Shown here one piece after another: positions 44,867 to 54,927 of a DNA stretch of 64,000 bases (within the stretch, counting starts at the first letter, position 1; each line of letters starts with the position of its first letter). The DNA lies in IMG/VR virus record IMGVR_UViG_3300043395_003024, positions 81,205-145,204 of that record; one strand, 5' to 3'. Under the pieces are notes generated by a model, which saw nothing but the letters and a program-made list of their open reading frames with translations, was not told the DNA's origin and did no database searches. The position numbers and the translations under genes are program-made. This DNA comes from a virus.

Positions 44867-44879
44867 TTCCAATCCTCAA

Positions 44880-44961
44880 GGGGATATGGCGGAATAGGCA
44901 TACGCAGGGGACTTAAAATCCCTGGCCGTAAGGCATGTGGGTTCAAGTCCCACTATCCCTA
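44880..44961 (+). tRNA. tRNA-Leu(TAA)
   Basis: GGGGA-CTTAAAA-TCCCT, variable arm. Confidence 0.92.
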
Positions 44962-45605
44962 CTTTTTTGCTCCACAACAGAACCAATTCTGGGTAGCAAC
45001 CTTGCCGACCCGCTCCATGCGCTTCTCAACGTTTCCCCATCTGGTGTAGTTATGTCTCCACCGTTCAGAAACTGGCCATATGAACCAGAAACAATAACCA
45101 GGTCTGCTACGCCAAAAAGCGCAAGAGTAACTCTTTTCCTTCTCCATTTTTCATAAACAAGAATCTGCTGAATCTTTGATGAATCTTTAAACCATTGAAC
45201 AAATCCAACCGTCTCGGATTCTCCTACACCAGAATCCGTTGGAATCTTACCAATTGCTTTAAGTTTTTCGGCAGTGACTATTGTTCCCGAATCAAAGTCC
45301 GGACCGTGCATGGCATATAAGAAAACAAACGGAATTTCTGGCCCACCAGGAAATGGACGGTTAACTTCTTGGACAAAGTACCATAACGGGGGAACAAACC
45401 CCATTACCTCCCCGTCTCTCCAGTTTATAAAAAGATTCTCATTGGCATCAATGGAGCCAAACCAGATTGATTCAGAAATTGTTGGTTTATTTTCGGAAAC
45501 GACAATAGACGGACGCTCGAACTCATCCGTAGAGAATGCATGAACTTCAGCCCATTTGTCTGTTAATTGTCTAGGTTTCCAGAACCATAGTTGTTTAAAA
45601 GCCAT
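44943..45605 (-). CDS. Hypothetical protein, possible GNAT-like C-terminus
   Basis: IQQILVYEKWRRKRVTLAL..TPDG. Confidence 0.6.
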   Translation of the reverse strand: MAFKQLWFWKPRQLTDKWAEVHAFSTDEFERPSIVVSENKPTISESIWFGSIDANENLFINWRDGEVMGFVPPLWYFVQEVNRPFPGGPEIPFVFLYAMHGPDFDSGTIVTAEKLKAIGKIPTDSGVGESETVGFVQWFKDSSKIQQILVYEKWRRKRVTLALFGVADLVIVSGSYGQFLNGGDITTPDGETLRSAWSGSARLLPRIGSVVEQKSRDSGT

Positions 45606-45614
45606 AAGGCCATA

Positions 45615-46295
45615 TTAGTCATTCCACCATGCTGTCCATGGCTTGGGAGAAGCAGAAGAAGCATCTGGGAAAGACATTCCCGTATAGGCAACACAGATTG
45701 TGACCTTTGCGTCATTTTCATAGTCAGTCCAGTCTCCACCAGAGTTGTATACAAACATCTGAAGGAATTCGTCTGTATTCATTACCGCAACGTCAGCCAG
45801 GTATGTCTGCGCGTTGAATTCGCTTTCGTTCCAACTATTATTAAATGCATGAGCCTTGTCAATTGGTTCTGCTGCAGTACTACGAAGGTCAAGTGCGCCG
45901 CTTCCCCAGTATTGCTGCGTAGTCCAAGCACCGACTCTTCCTGCAGCATTATCGGGATTTCCAAGCCACATTGTTGGCTTTAGGTCTTCGTTTACGTCGC
46001 CATAATATGCAACATCCTCAAAACCAAATACCCAATCTGATGGATTATCGTATGTGCGATGCTGCGTCTTTGAATTCTTATTTTTGATTACAGCAAGAGA
46101 TAATTGCCTCTCGGTTGTCTCAATATTGCTAACGCCCTCATAAAGGCCCTGTGTTGAGCCATAAATCTGCTGTGTAGTGAACCATATTTTTTCAATCTTT
46201 ACCCTAAAAGGGAATGAGACGTTTAAGTAGGATGGGTCACTGATTCTGACAGTCCAGTCATAGCTAACTATTGACGGCGGGATAATTCCTGACAT
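45615..46295 (-). CDS. Hypothetical protein
   Basis: 226 aa; GGAAGGA RBS; TATAAT upstream. Confidence 0.7.
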   Translation of the reverse strand: MSGIIPPSIVSYDWTVRISDPSYLNVSFPFRVKIEKIWFTTQQIYGSTQGLYEGVSNIETTERQLSLAVIKNKNSKTQHRTYDNPSDWVFGFEDVAYYGDVNEDLKPTMWLGNPDNAAGRVGAWTTQQYWGSGALDLRSTAAEPIDKAHAFNNSWNESEFNAQTYLADVAVMNTDEFLQMFVYNSGGDWTDYENDAKVTICVAYTGMSFPDASSASPKPWTAWWND

Positions 46296-46414
46296 AATGT
46301 TCCTTCCGGATGGTGCAACGCTAATAATTATACTTTATTTATTATTTCTCAATAAATAGAAAGACCAGAACGTTTGTTTTTTCGCAAGCATCTGTACATA
46401 GAATGTCGTCACAG

Positions 46415-46487
46415 TGGCGAGTAGCTCAGTTGGCAGAGCAAGGGACTGTTAATCCCTGGGTCGCAGGTTCGAGCCCTGCCTCGCCAG
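46415..46487 (+). tRNA. tRNA-Asn(GTT)
   Basis: AGGGA-CTGTTAA-TCCCT. Confidence 0.93.
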
Positions 46488-46491
46488 CTAA

Positions 46492-46563
46492 TGGGGAATG
46501 GTGTAATTGGCAACACGACTGGTTTTGGTCCAGTAGTTCAGGGTTCGAGTCCTTGCTCCCCAA
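46492..46563 (+). tRNA. tRNA-Gln(TTG)
   Basis: ACTGG-TTTTGGT-CCAGT. Confidence 0.9.
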
Positions 46564-46591
46564 CAAAGCAGTTGATATCATTGCGCCACAT

Positions 46592-46671
46592 GGGTTCGTG
46601 GCGGAATTGGCAGACGCGCCAGGTTTAGGTCCTGGTTCTACGGAGTGAGGGTTCGAGTCCCTCCGGACCTA
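46592..46671 (+). tRNA. tRNA-Leu(TAG)
   Basis: CCAGG-TTTAGGT-CCTGG. Confidence 0.9.
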
Positions 46672-46686
46672 CGGAAAGGAATAATT

Positions 46687-47001
46687 ATGACTGATGACAT
46701 TGTGACCCGACTACGGGAGCATTACGCCGACCCTGCCGACTTTACATTTGCGGATTTGAGTGATGCCGCTGATGAGATTGAACGCCTACGCCAGCAAGGG
46801 GCAGTCATGATAAGTCACCTTAAAGAAATGTTTCCTTTCTTTATGAATGACGTCAAACACGGAGTATCCATAGGACCGGCACCTGACGGTCACGTAGATG
46901 ATTCATGCCCAGACTGTCAGTGGTACAAGAGTTCTGTAAATACCGCCGAGCGGGTTATGAATGGCGAGTTTGACTACATTCCGAAACAGGAGAACAGTTG
47001 A
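46687..47001 (+). CDS. Hypothetical protein
   Basis: MTDDIVTRLR..DAADEIERLR; GAAAGGA RBS. Confidence 0.7.
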   Translation: MTDDIVTRLREHYADPADFTFADLSDAADEIERLRQQGAVMISHLKEMFPFFMNDVKHGVSIGPAPDGHVDDSCPDCQWYKSSVNTAERVMNGEFDYIPKQENS

Positions 47002-47218
47002 CATCCCTGGAGCGAAGGGATATTATTCGCTGGTGGACGAAGAATACACAATTGAAAACCTTCATGATGATATGGAGTTTCTCCGTAAAGCTGGACTAAT
47101 TGAAGTTATCGGCGTTAACGAAGACGGTCAATGGCTTTGGGCGGCAACCGACAAAAGTAAAACGATGTCTAGAGAAGAGCTGCTCAAAATAATGGAAGAA
47201 GAAGACGAAATTGACTGA
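46998..47218 (+). CDS. Hypothetical protein
   Basis: Coupled ORF after an AGGAG RBS; start codon uncertain. Confidence 0.5.
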
Positions 47219-47378
47219 TAAGCCAATTTATGCATATTCAGTTAATCAATCGACACCAGATAAATGCACTCTGCTTTGTTCTACGCAAGAGGTAGATGGG
47301 TGGGAAGAGATAGGAACAGTTGATAGGCGATTTGCCCAACTAATCGTCACTGCACTAAACTATTCATCCATTCAATAG
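47211..47378 (+). CDS. Small hypothetical protein, 55 aa
   Basis: TTG start; stop abuts tRNA-Pro. Confidence 0.4.
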   Translation: MTDKPIYAYSVNQSTPDKCTLLCSTQEVDGWEEIGTVDRRFAQLIVTALNYSSIQ

Positions 47379-47452
<74 letters not shown>

Positions 47453-47558
47453 CGAAGCTGGTACCCATCCACGAGAGGTGAAAAAGTCCTCAGGGTGACG
47501 ACCCATCGCGGGGAAGGCTAAGAGGCGGGCCGCACTGCCAGCATTTCAGGGGAGAAAA

Positions 47559-47807
47559 ATGGAAAGCATTACGCACACTCTTGTCGGTGGGCAAATACTT
47601 ATAGGTGTACATAGCAAGTCAAAGTGCACTGGAGAGTATTGCGTAATACATAACATGAGCGACCACCACATGAAGGAGTGGCCACAAAACTGGCGACCGG
47701 ATAGACAAATGATGGAAAGAATTTGTCCACACGGAGTTGGGCATCCAGACCCAGATGAGATATCAAATGATAGAGTGCATGGGTGCGACGGATGCTGCTC
47801 ACATTGA
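47559..47807 (+). CDS. His/Cys-rich phage protein
   Basis: CVIHN.SDHHM..ERICPHGVGHPDPD..HGCDGCC. Confidence 0.75.
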   Translation: MESITHTLVGGQILIGVHSKSKCTGEYCVIHNMSDHHMKEWPQNWRPDRQMMERICPHGVGHPDPDEISNDRVHGCDGCCSH

Positions 47808-48091
47808 GAACGTTTTTTTCCAAGATAGTCAACGCCGTTAGGAGTATGTCCCGGCGCTCCTACTGGAATCGCGCCAACTCCGTCGAGGCTTGGGGTTTTG
47901 CCACAAAGATTGCAATTATTTTTCCGGGGCTGCTTTTCGGACAGCAATTCTGGTGGCTCTACATTTTTGCAATATTTTCCAGCATTGCCCTCATATGGTC
48001 GTCAACAGTAAAGACACTGCCAACAATTATCATCTTTAATGTCTTATGGGTGATTCTTGCTTCTGCTGCGATAATAAAACATTTTATTTAA
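47804..48091 (+). CDS. Small membrane protein
   Basis: Three hydrophobic segments; start uncertain. Confidence 0.6.
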   Translation: MRTFFSKIVNAVRSMSRRSYWNRANSVEAWGFATKIAIIFPGLLFGQQFWWLYIFAIFSSIALIWSSTVKTLPTIIIFNVLWVILASAAIIKHFI

Positions 48092-48097
48092 ACATCC

Positions 48098-48170
48098 GCG
48101 CCTTTAGCTCAGTCGGTAGAGCAGCGGACTTTTAATCCGTGGGTCCTGGGTTCGAGCCCCAGAGGGCGCA
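48098..48170 (+). tRNA. tRNA-Lys(TTT)
   Basis: GCGGA-CTTTTAA-TCCGT. Confidence 0.93.
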
Positions 48171-48219
48171 CTGTGCTGCTAGTTTTGGAATTAGCAAATA
48201 GACAAAGCAGGAGTGGATT

Positions 48220-48927
48220 TTGGGGAACCTGATTGAAGTAATGCCGGAAACTGGCGGTTTTGTCAGGCTTGACGCTCATATGGCCGACGATATGTCTGTA
48301 GTGAATGCAGCACGTGTATCTTTCGCTCAGCATTCGTCGGAGCTGCACGATGAGCTTTCCGGCAAAGATAAGGGGCTTGTCGGTTTCCTGATGAGGGAGC
48401 GGCACGGAACGCCGTTTGAGCACAACGCATTTAGATTCCACATCAAGTGCCCGCTCTTTGTCGCCCGCGAGTGGTTCCGTCATAGAATCGGCTCGTTCAA
48501 TGAATTTTCTGCACGGTACTCGGAGGTGCCCGACGAGTTTCACGTTCCCAAAGAGGAGCACATACGTACCCAGATTGGCAAGCCGGGAGCATACACATTC
48601 GAAATTCTTGACAAACGTGATGCGCGCGTATCGATGGCGATGACAGCAATTAATTCAAATAACATTGCGTCATACAGGCTTTATCGCGACATGATTGAGT
48701 CAGGTATTGCTAAAGAAGTTGCACGCATGGTTCTCCCTGTTTCCATGTTTACGCAGTTCTACTGGACAGTAAATGCTCGGGCATTGATGAATTTCCTATC
48801 TCTCCGTACAGACATAAATGCACAACTAGAAATCCGCGAATATGCCGCTGCTGTTGAGGAATTGTTCAAAAATACAATGCCGGTTACGTATCAAGCATGG
48901 ATAGACAACGGGAAGGTTGCACCATGA
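48220..48927 (+). CDS. thyX: FAD-dependent thymidylate synthase
   Basis: AARVS, HGTPFEH, RHRIGSFNEFSARY, AQLEIR. Confidence 0.95.
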   Translation: MGNLIEVMPETGGFVRLDAHMADDMSVVNAARVSFAQHSSELHDELSGKDKGLVGFLMRERHGTPFEHNAFRFHIKCPLFVAREWFRHRIGSFNEFSARYSEVPDEFHVPKEEHIRTQIGKPGAYTFEILDKRDARVSMAMTAINSNNIASYRLYRDMIESGIAKEVARMVLPVSMFTQFYWTVNARALMNFLSLRTDINAQLEIREYAAAVEELFKNTMPVTYQAWIDNGKVAP

Positions 48928-49994
48928 GTATCAAGGGTTTGATACTTTCTGGAGGCAACGGTACGCGGCTAAGGCCTATTACCTATACCGGAGCAAAACA
49001 GCTTGTGCCGATTGCAAACAAGCCAATTTTGTTTTACGGCATCGAATCAATGGTTGACGCCGGCATTGTAAATATCGGCATTGTGGTTGGCTCTACCGCA
49101 GATGAAATAAAGACGGCGGTTGGAGACGGCTCAAAGTTCGGAGCACAAGTTACATACATTGAGCAAGCAACACCGCTTGGCCTTGCTCACTGTGTTTCCA
49201 TCTCACGCAATTTTCTTGGCGATGATGATTTCATCATGTACCTTGGCGACAACATGCTGCAGCAGAGCATTCATGAATTTCACGAAATGTTTGCTCACAC
49301 AACAAGTAAGCCATCGGCTTCAATTCTCGTAAAAGAAGTACCTAATCCGGAAAGCTTTGGCGTAGTCGAGCTTGAAAACGGAAAACCAATACGGCTTGTA
49401 GAAAAACCCGATTCTCCAAATTCAAACATGGCAATGGTAGGTGTCTACTTCTTCACGAAAGACATCCATGAAGCAATTCAGAACATCAAAGCATCTCGCA
49501 GGGGAGAGCTTGAGATAACCGACGCAATACAGTGGCTGATTGACGCCGGCAAGAGCGTTACATGCCACACACTCGAAGGATGGTGGCTTGATACGGGTAA
49601 AAAAGACCCGCTGCTTGAATGCAACCGCCTCGTCCTTGACAAGATTGAGCGAAATATTTATGAGAAGTCGCTCAACGAGTTCACTGCGGATGGGCGTGTC
49701 CAGATTGGAAATTCGCAAATCTATAACTCGCGCATTATTGGTCCTGTCGCCATAGGGGATTGGTGCGTCATACGGGATGCATTTATAGGCCCATATACGT
49801 CAATAGGAAATAACTGCATAGTTGAAAATACCGAGGTACAAAACTCAGTACTTTTAGGGAATAATGTTGTTCGTGACGTACCGCGTATTAGCGACTCGCT
49901 TATCGGCAGTGGCGCAAGGATAAGTCGTTCATCTGGAAAGCCGGCAGCACTAAAACTGATGATAAGCGACCAGAGTATTGTGGAGATTGAGTAA
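48924..49994 (+). CDS. rmlA: Glucose-1-phosphate thymidylyltransferase (long form)
   Basis: LSGGNGTRLRPIT..KQLVP, LVEKP, RGELEITD, WLDTG, hexapeptide tail. Confidence 0.92.
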   Translation: MSIKGLILSGGNGTRLRPITYTGAKQLVPIANKPILFYGIESMVDAGIVNIGIVVGSTADEIKTAVGDGSKFGAQVTYIEQATPLGLAHCVSISRNFLGDDDFIMYLGDNMLQQSIHEFHEMFAHTTSKPSASILVKEVPNPESFGVVELENGKPIRLVEKPDSPNSNMAMVGVYFFTKDIHEAIQNIKASRRGELEITDAIQWLIDAGKSVTCHTLEGWWLDTGKKDPLLECNRLVLDKIERNIYEKSLNEFTADGRVQIGNSQIYNSRIIGPVAIGDWCVIRDAFIGPYTSIGNNCIVENTEVQNSVLLGNNVVRDVPRISDSLIGSGARISRSSGKPAALKLMISDQSIVEIE

Positions 49995-50560
49995 TGCCCA
50001 TAATTGAAGAATGCAATGAAATAAAAGACGTTTTGATAGTTAACCCAGATGTACATGGTGACGAAAGGGGCAACTTCATCGAGACATACCGTCGGTCGTG
50101 GTTCCCGCTAGGGCGTGAGATGATACAGGGCAACAGGGGAGACCGAGCTCTAGGTTCTCTCGTAGGGCTTCACTACCATCTACATCAGGCTGATTATTGG
50201 TATGTTCCTTTTGGTATATGCAGAATTGTTTTGCACGACATTCGCGCAGGTTCGCCTACACAGGGAAATACGTATGTAACCGATGTGGGTGATACTAGTT
50301 ATGATGGCTTCGACCACAGAGGAATATTTATCCCGCCAGGCGTAGCGCATGGATTCTTGGCAGTAACAAACATGACGATTACTTACATGGTAGACAGCTA
50401 CTACAACAAAAATGATGAACTTGGCGTCCTCTGGTCGGACCCGGCAATAAAAGCCGACTGGGGAGATGGCGAAAAAATCGTTTCTTCTCGCGATATGGCA
50501 AATCCATTAATTGCCGACATCCCGCAGGCACTGATACCGACATATGGATTACGAACATGA
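49994..50560 (+). CDS. rmlC: dTDP-4-dehydrorhamnose 3,5-epimerase
   Basis: DERGNFIE, GLHYH, DIRAGSPT, IPPGVAHGF, WSDP. Confidence 0.92.
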   Translation: MPIIEECNEIKDVLIVNPDVHGDERGNFIETYRRSWFPLGREMIQGNRGDRALGSLVGLHYHLHQADYWYVPFGICRIVLHDIRAGSPTQGNTYVTDVGDTSYDGFDHRGIFIPPGVAHGFLAVTNMTITYMVDSYYNKNDELGVLWSDPAIKADWGDGEKIVSSRDMANPLIADIPQALIPTYGLRT

Positions 50561-51522
50561 ATAAAGTGCAGTTTGTAACTGGCGGAGCTGGATTTATAGG
50601 CTCTAATTATGTTCGTTATGTATTAGCAAATACTGACGACAGTATTGTTATATACGACTCCCTCACCTATGCCGGCAGAATGCAAACAATGCATGATTTT
50701 CTCGATTCAACTCGAGTTAAATTTATCAAGGGCGATATCTGTGATAAAGATTCATTGCTGTCTGCAATGAAGGGCTCTGATTACGTTGTTCACTTTGCCG
50801 CAGAAAGTCATGTAGACCGCTCAATTGCCCTTTCAGACACATTTGTACGTACCAACTGCCTCGGAACCGATGCAGTAATGGACGTAGCCCGACATGTGGA
50901 CATAGAGCGCATAGTCCACATAGGCACGGATGAGGTATATGGCTCTGTAGAAGTCGGCTCATCGCTAGAGTCAGACCCACTAGAGCCGCGTTCACCATAT
51001 TCGGCGTCAAAGGCTGGTTCTGACCTGCTGGCGCTGGCGCATTACACAACGCATGGGCTCCCAGTTTCTGTTACGAGATGCACCAACAATTTCGGACCAT
51101 ACCAGTTCCCTGAAAAAGCCATTCCGCTGTTTATCACCAATATCTTTCAGGGTAGGAAGATACCCCTGTATGGAGATGGCCTGAATCAGCGCGACTGGAT
51201 ACACGTGGAAGACCACTGCTCTGGCGTATACAAGGTCTTAACTAACGGAAAAGACGGAGAAATTTACAATATCGGCGCCGGGAATGAAACCCCCAATGTC
51301 GAGATTGTCCATATGATTCTCGAGTACATGGAGCTTGAATTCGATGAACATGTCGAATATGTTCCTGACAGAAAAGGCCATGACCGTAGATACTCGGTAA
51401 GTGTGGACAAAATAGCAGCGCTTAATTGGAGAAGAAAACACAACCTTGTCGACGACATCTGGTATGTCATATCTTGGTATAGGTCTAATCGCTGGTGGTG
51501 GGAGCCACTAAAGAATGCCTAA
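50557..51522 (+). CDS. rmlB: dTDP-glucose 4,6-dehydratase
   Basis: GGAGFIG, FAAESHVDRS, TDEVYG, YSASK, NNFGPYQFPEK, GHDRRY. Confidence 0.95.
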   Translation: MNKVQFVTGGAGFIGSNYVRYVLANTDDSIVIYDSLTYAGRMQTMHDFLDSTRVKFIKGDICDKDSLLSAMKGSDYVVHFAAESHVDRSIALSDTFVRTNCLGTDAVMDVARHVDIERIVHIGTDEVYGSVEVGSSLESDPLEPRSPYSASKAGSDLLALAHYTTHGLPVSVTRCTNNFGPYQFPEKAIPLFITNIFQGRKIPLYGDGLNQRDWIHVEDHCSGVYKVLTNGKDGEIYNIGAGNETPNVEIVHMILEYMELEFDEHVEYVPDRKGHDRRYSVSVDKIAALNWRRKHNLVDDIWYVISWYRSNRWWWEPLKNA

Positions 51523-52360
51523 AATTCTCGTCACTGGCGCGACTGGCCAGCTTGGCTCGGAAATTGTCCAACGAGCAGACGAGCATGCATACGAAGTTGT
51601 TGCGCTAAGTCACAAACTTCTCGATATCTGTGATGAAGCAGCGGTTACAGAGGCAATCCACGTCCACGAGCCAACACATATTATTCACTGTGCTGCCTGG
51701 ACGGATGTAGATGCTTGCGAGCGCAATCAAATCAAAGCTGAAAGAATCAACGCTGATGGAACAAGGTACATAGTCCTGGCGGCTGGCGATGTTGGTGCCC
51801 ATGTCACGTACATATCCACGGACTACATCTTTGACGGTAAGAAAGAATCTCCATACGAAGAGTACGACTCACCATCACCGTTGTCGGCGTACGGTCTCAC
51901 GAAACTCCAGGGAGAAACGTGCATGCGCCCGACAGATGCCATTATTCGCGTCTCTTCCGTATGCGGAAAGACCGGAAAAAACATTCTCAAAACAATTTTA
52001 AAAATAGCCAAAGAATCGTCGGAGCTTTCATTCGTTGATGACCAGTTCAGCAACCCGACTTTTGCAGATGACGCATCGTTGAAAATACTTGAGCTCGCAA
52101 TCAATAACAGCGGCGGCATTTGGCACGTCACGAACCAGGGCTCCACGTCATGGTACGACTTTGCCAAGAATGTTATAGATTTCGCCGGCATCGACGTACC
52201 TATAAATCCTATAAAAAGCGCAACAATCCGCAACCAGCGACCCGCAATACGCCCACTCAACTCAATTCTCCGCAATAAAAGAATGGAGGACAGTGGATTA
52301 GAACTCCTAGACCACCATCTCGTACCTATGGAGCGCCTAGTACGTCAATTACTAGCTTGA
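51515..52360 (+). CDS. rmlD: dTDP-4-dehydrorhamnose reductase
   Basis: GATGQLG, AAWTDVD, ISTDYIFDG, YGLTK, DDQ..PT. Confidence 0.93.
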   Translation: MPKILVTGATGQLGSEIVQRADEHAYEVVALSHKLLDICDEAAVTEAIHVHEPTHIIHCAAWTDVDACERNQIKAERINADGTRYIVLAAGDVGAHVTYISTDYIFDGKKESPYEEYDSPSPLSAYGLTKLQGETCMRPTDAIIRVSSVCGKTGKNILKTILKIAKESSELSFVDDQFSNPTFADDASLKILELAINNSGGIWHVTNQGSTSWYDFAKNVIDFAGIDVPINPIKSATIRNQRPAIRPLNSILRNKRMEDSGLELLDHHLVPMERLVRQLLA

Positions 52361-53569
52361 GTATCTGCCAGAGGTTGCTTTCCAGTGATGCATGCCGCCG
52401 TCTTCGTACAGATATTTAGCTACAGCCAGATTGCACGATGGATTTAGCAATACGGACATGTCACCCCACTTTGATTTACAAGCCTGTGAAGTAACCGTAG
52501 TCCACGAACTATTAATTTGCAGCAATCCGCTGTCGTAAGACCGCACGGCCTTACACCTTTTATACACATCAGCGGGGGCGAGTTTGCAGCTCCAATGACC
52601 CATGCCACTTCTATAGTTCCAGCCAATGGCTTTTGGCTGACACCTACTCTCGCGCCACATGATGTACGAAAACTCCTTAACAGGAAGCCCGTAGTCCTTG
52701 AGCATCTTTTCCCACTTGGGGCACCTCTTGACTTCTTCTGTGCTGGCAGGCGTTGCGCTTACGCCCATGGCCCTTACCGGTGAAACCTCAACAGCCCTCG
52801 CCATCCCCGGCACACCAGTCAACGGAAGATTATGTTTCCGCAGATATTTAATATGCGCGCGCTTAGTCTTCGGGCCATAGCTACTATCTACCTTTAAGCC
52901 AAGGAATACCTGAAGGTCATGGACAGCCTTGCTATGTTCGTTAAATTTAAACGAAAATAAAACAACATCCTCGTAATTTTCGTAGTAGTACATTTTTGGC
53001 TTAGCCATTCTGTACTTACCCGTAGATTTGGACTTATAGCAACCCCACCCCGTGAACCCAACAGGACGCTGGTCCCATACGTACTCGGCTGGAATCCCTT
53101 GGCGACGAGCCCAGTCAGGGTCTCGCTGGACAAGCTTCTTGTAGCCCTCCACCGAAATACGGTTCGCTACAGTTATCTGTTCTTCTCTGGTCGCCTTATC
53201 GGGGGACGGGGCAAACTCCTCACCGCCGAAGCGCTCCCAGGTGCCCATCGCAGCCTTCGGGAAGCGGCTGTTGTTCATAATGCCAAGACCGCCGGCGTAC
53301 CTGCCGCCGTTATCCCATTCCTGGGCAGTCTCGCACTGCGCTAGCTCATCCCAAAATTCATCAGTGGCATAAGCATGGTTGCGCGCAACGGACGATTGTC
53401 GAAGGTCAAAAACTGAGTGTGCTGCAGGAATAGTTCCTGCTTGTACTGTAAGCGCCGACCGACTGACCACCTCCTCTACTGTTCCCCCCAATGGGGCAGC
53501 CTGGGCCTGGTGAACAGACCCCAAAGCTAGGGCAAACAATGCAGTGGCAATCAGTCGGTTTGGTTTCAC
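52352..53569 (-). CDS. Secreted muralytic protein: Rpf-like transglycosylase, PG-binding-like segment and SLT domain
   Basis: Signal peptide ending AQA; WDELAQCET..GGLG..TW..FGG..ATREEQI.VA; LQVFLGL.VD..YGPKT; MWRESRC..DSGLLQIN..NL.VA. Confidence 0.85.
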   Translation of the reverse strand: MKPNRLIATALFALALGSVHQAQAAPLGGTVEEVVSRSALTVQAGTIPAAHSVFDLRQSSVARNHAYATDEFWDELAQCETAQEWDNGGRYAGGLGIMNNSRFPKAAMGTWERFGGEEFAPSPDKATREEQITVANRISVEGYKKLVQRDPDWARRQGIPAEYVWDQRPVGFTGWGCYKSKSTGKYRMAKPKMYYYENYEDVVLFSFKFNEHSKAVHDLQVFLGLKVDSSYGPKTKRAHIKYLRKHNLPLTGVPGMARAVEVSPVRAMGVSATPASTEEVKRCPKWEKMLKDYGLPVKEFSYIMWRESRCQPKAIGWNYRSGMGHWSCKLAPADVYKRCKAVRSYDSGLLQINSSWTTVTSQACKSKWGDMSVLLNPSCNLAVAKYLYEDGGMHHWKATSGRYSS

Positions 53570-53755
53570 TATTCGTGCTCCATTACTCGGCGGATACGGA
53601 CGGCCCTGTTAGTAGCGGACCCATTTTCGGCAGTGATTAATTCTACCATTTACACACCCTATCCTCCAAACGCGCCCCCCGCAACCGCCACCCCGGAGGA
53701 CTCCAGTAAACAGAAAAATGACAGACTTGCGCGATTTTTTTTCTGGGACCCCCTA

Positions 53756-53772
53756 TTTCAGATAAATTTATC
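53756..53772. repeat. 17-bp repeat, left copy (TTTCAGATAAATTTATC)
   Basis: 16/17 match to 61193-61209; palindromic core GATAAATTTATC. Confidence 0.6.
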
Positions 53773-53905
53773 CCAGTGGCGGCCAAGACCTCAAAATTTA
53801 TAGGGGTGCCGTGTTTTTGGGCTAGGAAAAATTACGGACGCGCTTTTCTTCCTTCACGGAGATGGCGAAAACAGCTAGATGGACATCCAATTGGAGATTG
53901 ATTGC

Positions 53906-54136
53906 TTATTTGCTGTCAGAAGGGGGAGATTGCGGTACACGCTTCATCAGGAAACACCCCTGATGCCAGTACTCCACATGGTCAGGCTTACCTAAGGGGC
54001 GAAACTCAATCATATGGCGAGCATTAGACCATTCACCACAATGTGGACACTGCTTCTCGTCAAAGAATTTGTCCAGATAGGCCGAGAGTGACCAAAACAC
54101 CCCCAAAGACACCACCAAAAGAATCAATAATTCCAT
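53906..54136 (-). CDS. Small membrane-anchored zinc-finger protein
   Basis: N-terminal TM, CPHCG..H..C. Confidence 0.6.
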   Translation of the reverse strand: MELLILLVVSLGVFWSLSAYLDKFFDEKQCPHCGEWSNARHMIEFRPLGKPDHVEYWHQGCFLMKRVPQSPPSDSK

Positions 54137-54157
54137 ATTGCCCCCTACATGTCCCTA

Positions 54158-54416
54158 TTACTCGCCAGACAAGACCTTGGCGTTCATCTCGTTCCACAGG
54201 TCCTCAACATGGACGTGGATGTCTGGATGGACGTCATCTTTGTGAAAAGGGTCATATTTGGTGGCCCGAATGGCATTAGCGATGCTCGGACGGAACTCCC
54301 ACAGGCAGTTGAAATACGTCTGCCCCAAGCGGATGGTGGGGTCGCCGGCCTTGAGCTGCCCATGCTCTTGAGCAACAAAAACCAGGAACTCGTTGTAGCT
54401 GTAAATAGTACTCATG
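54158..54416 (-). CDS. Hypothetical protein
   Basis: Leaderless TG-TATGAT-6 nt-ATG; IRLGQTYFN..DPFH; start about 54415. Confidence 0.65.
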
Positions 54417-54589
54417 ACGCCATCATACATACACACGCCGGCCGACACAAGCGGTTTGGATAAATTAAAATAAAAAAAGACGACCATAAAATTTTGATTT
54501 TTAGCTCCCCCCTGCTGTGGGGACGCGCTCGAAAGTTCGCGGGGCTCTCTGACCACCCCATTTCCCCACCACCACATCGGCGCATTTCT

Positions 54590-54910
54590 GACGCACGCAC
54601 ACGCATGAACACACGCACACACACGCACACACACGCACACACACGCACGCAGGCGCACGCAGGCGGGGGGCACGGCAGGTACATTCATGTTCCGGTTCGG
54701 GTACGCACACGCAATGCGAAGTGCGAAGCGAAGTGCGAAGCATCAAGCGATGAAGTGAACGCAACGCAGTGCGACACGCAACGCACACACAGTGACGCAA
54801 TGCGATACGACACGCACACGCAGTGCGACGCACACGCAGTGCGCATTGACCAACGCACACGCAGTGCGACAGTCACGCGCGCACGACGATGACACACGCA
54901 AGCACCACGC
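54590..54910. repeat. Low-complexity alternating purine-pyrimidine tract (CACACG, GCGAAGT and ACGCAGTGCG units)
   Basis: Seen directly. Confidence 0.8.
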
Positions 54911-54927
54911 GAGGTACACTTGTCGTC

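Noticed and set aside
53570-53640. c-di-AMP (ydaO) riboswitch upstream of the Rpf-like gene
   Set aside because: Leader is only about 70 nt and lacks a consensus I can recognise.
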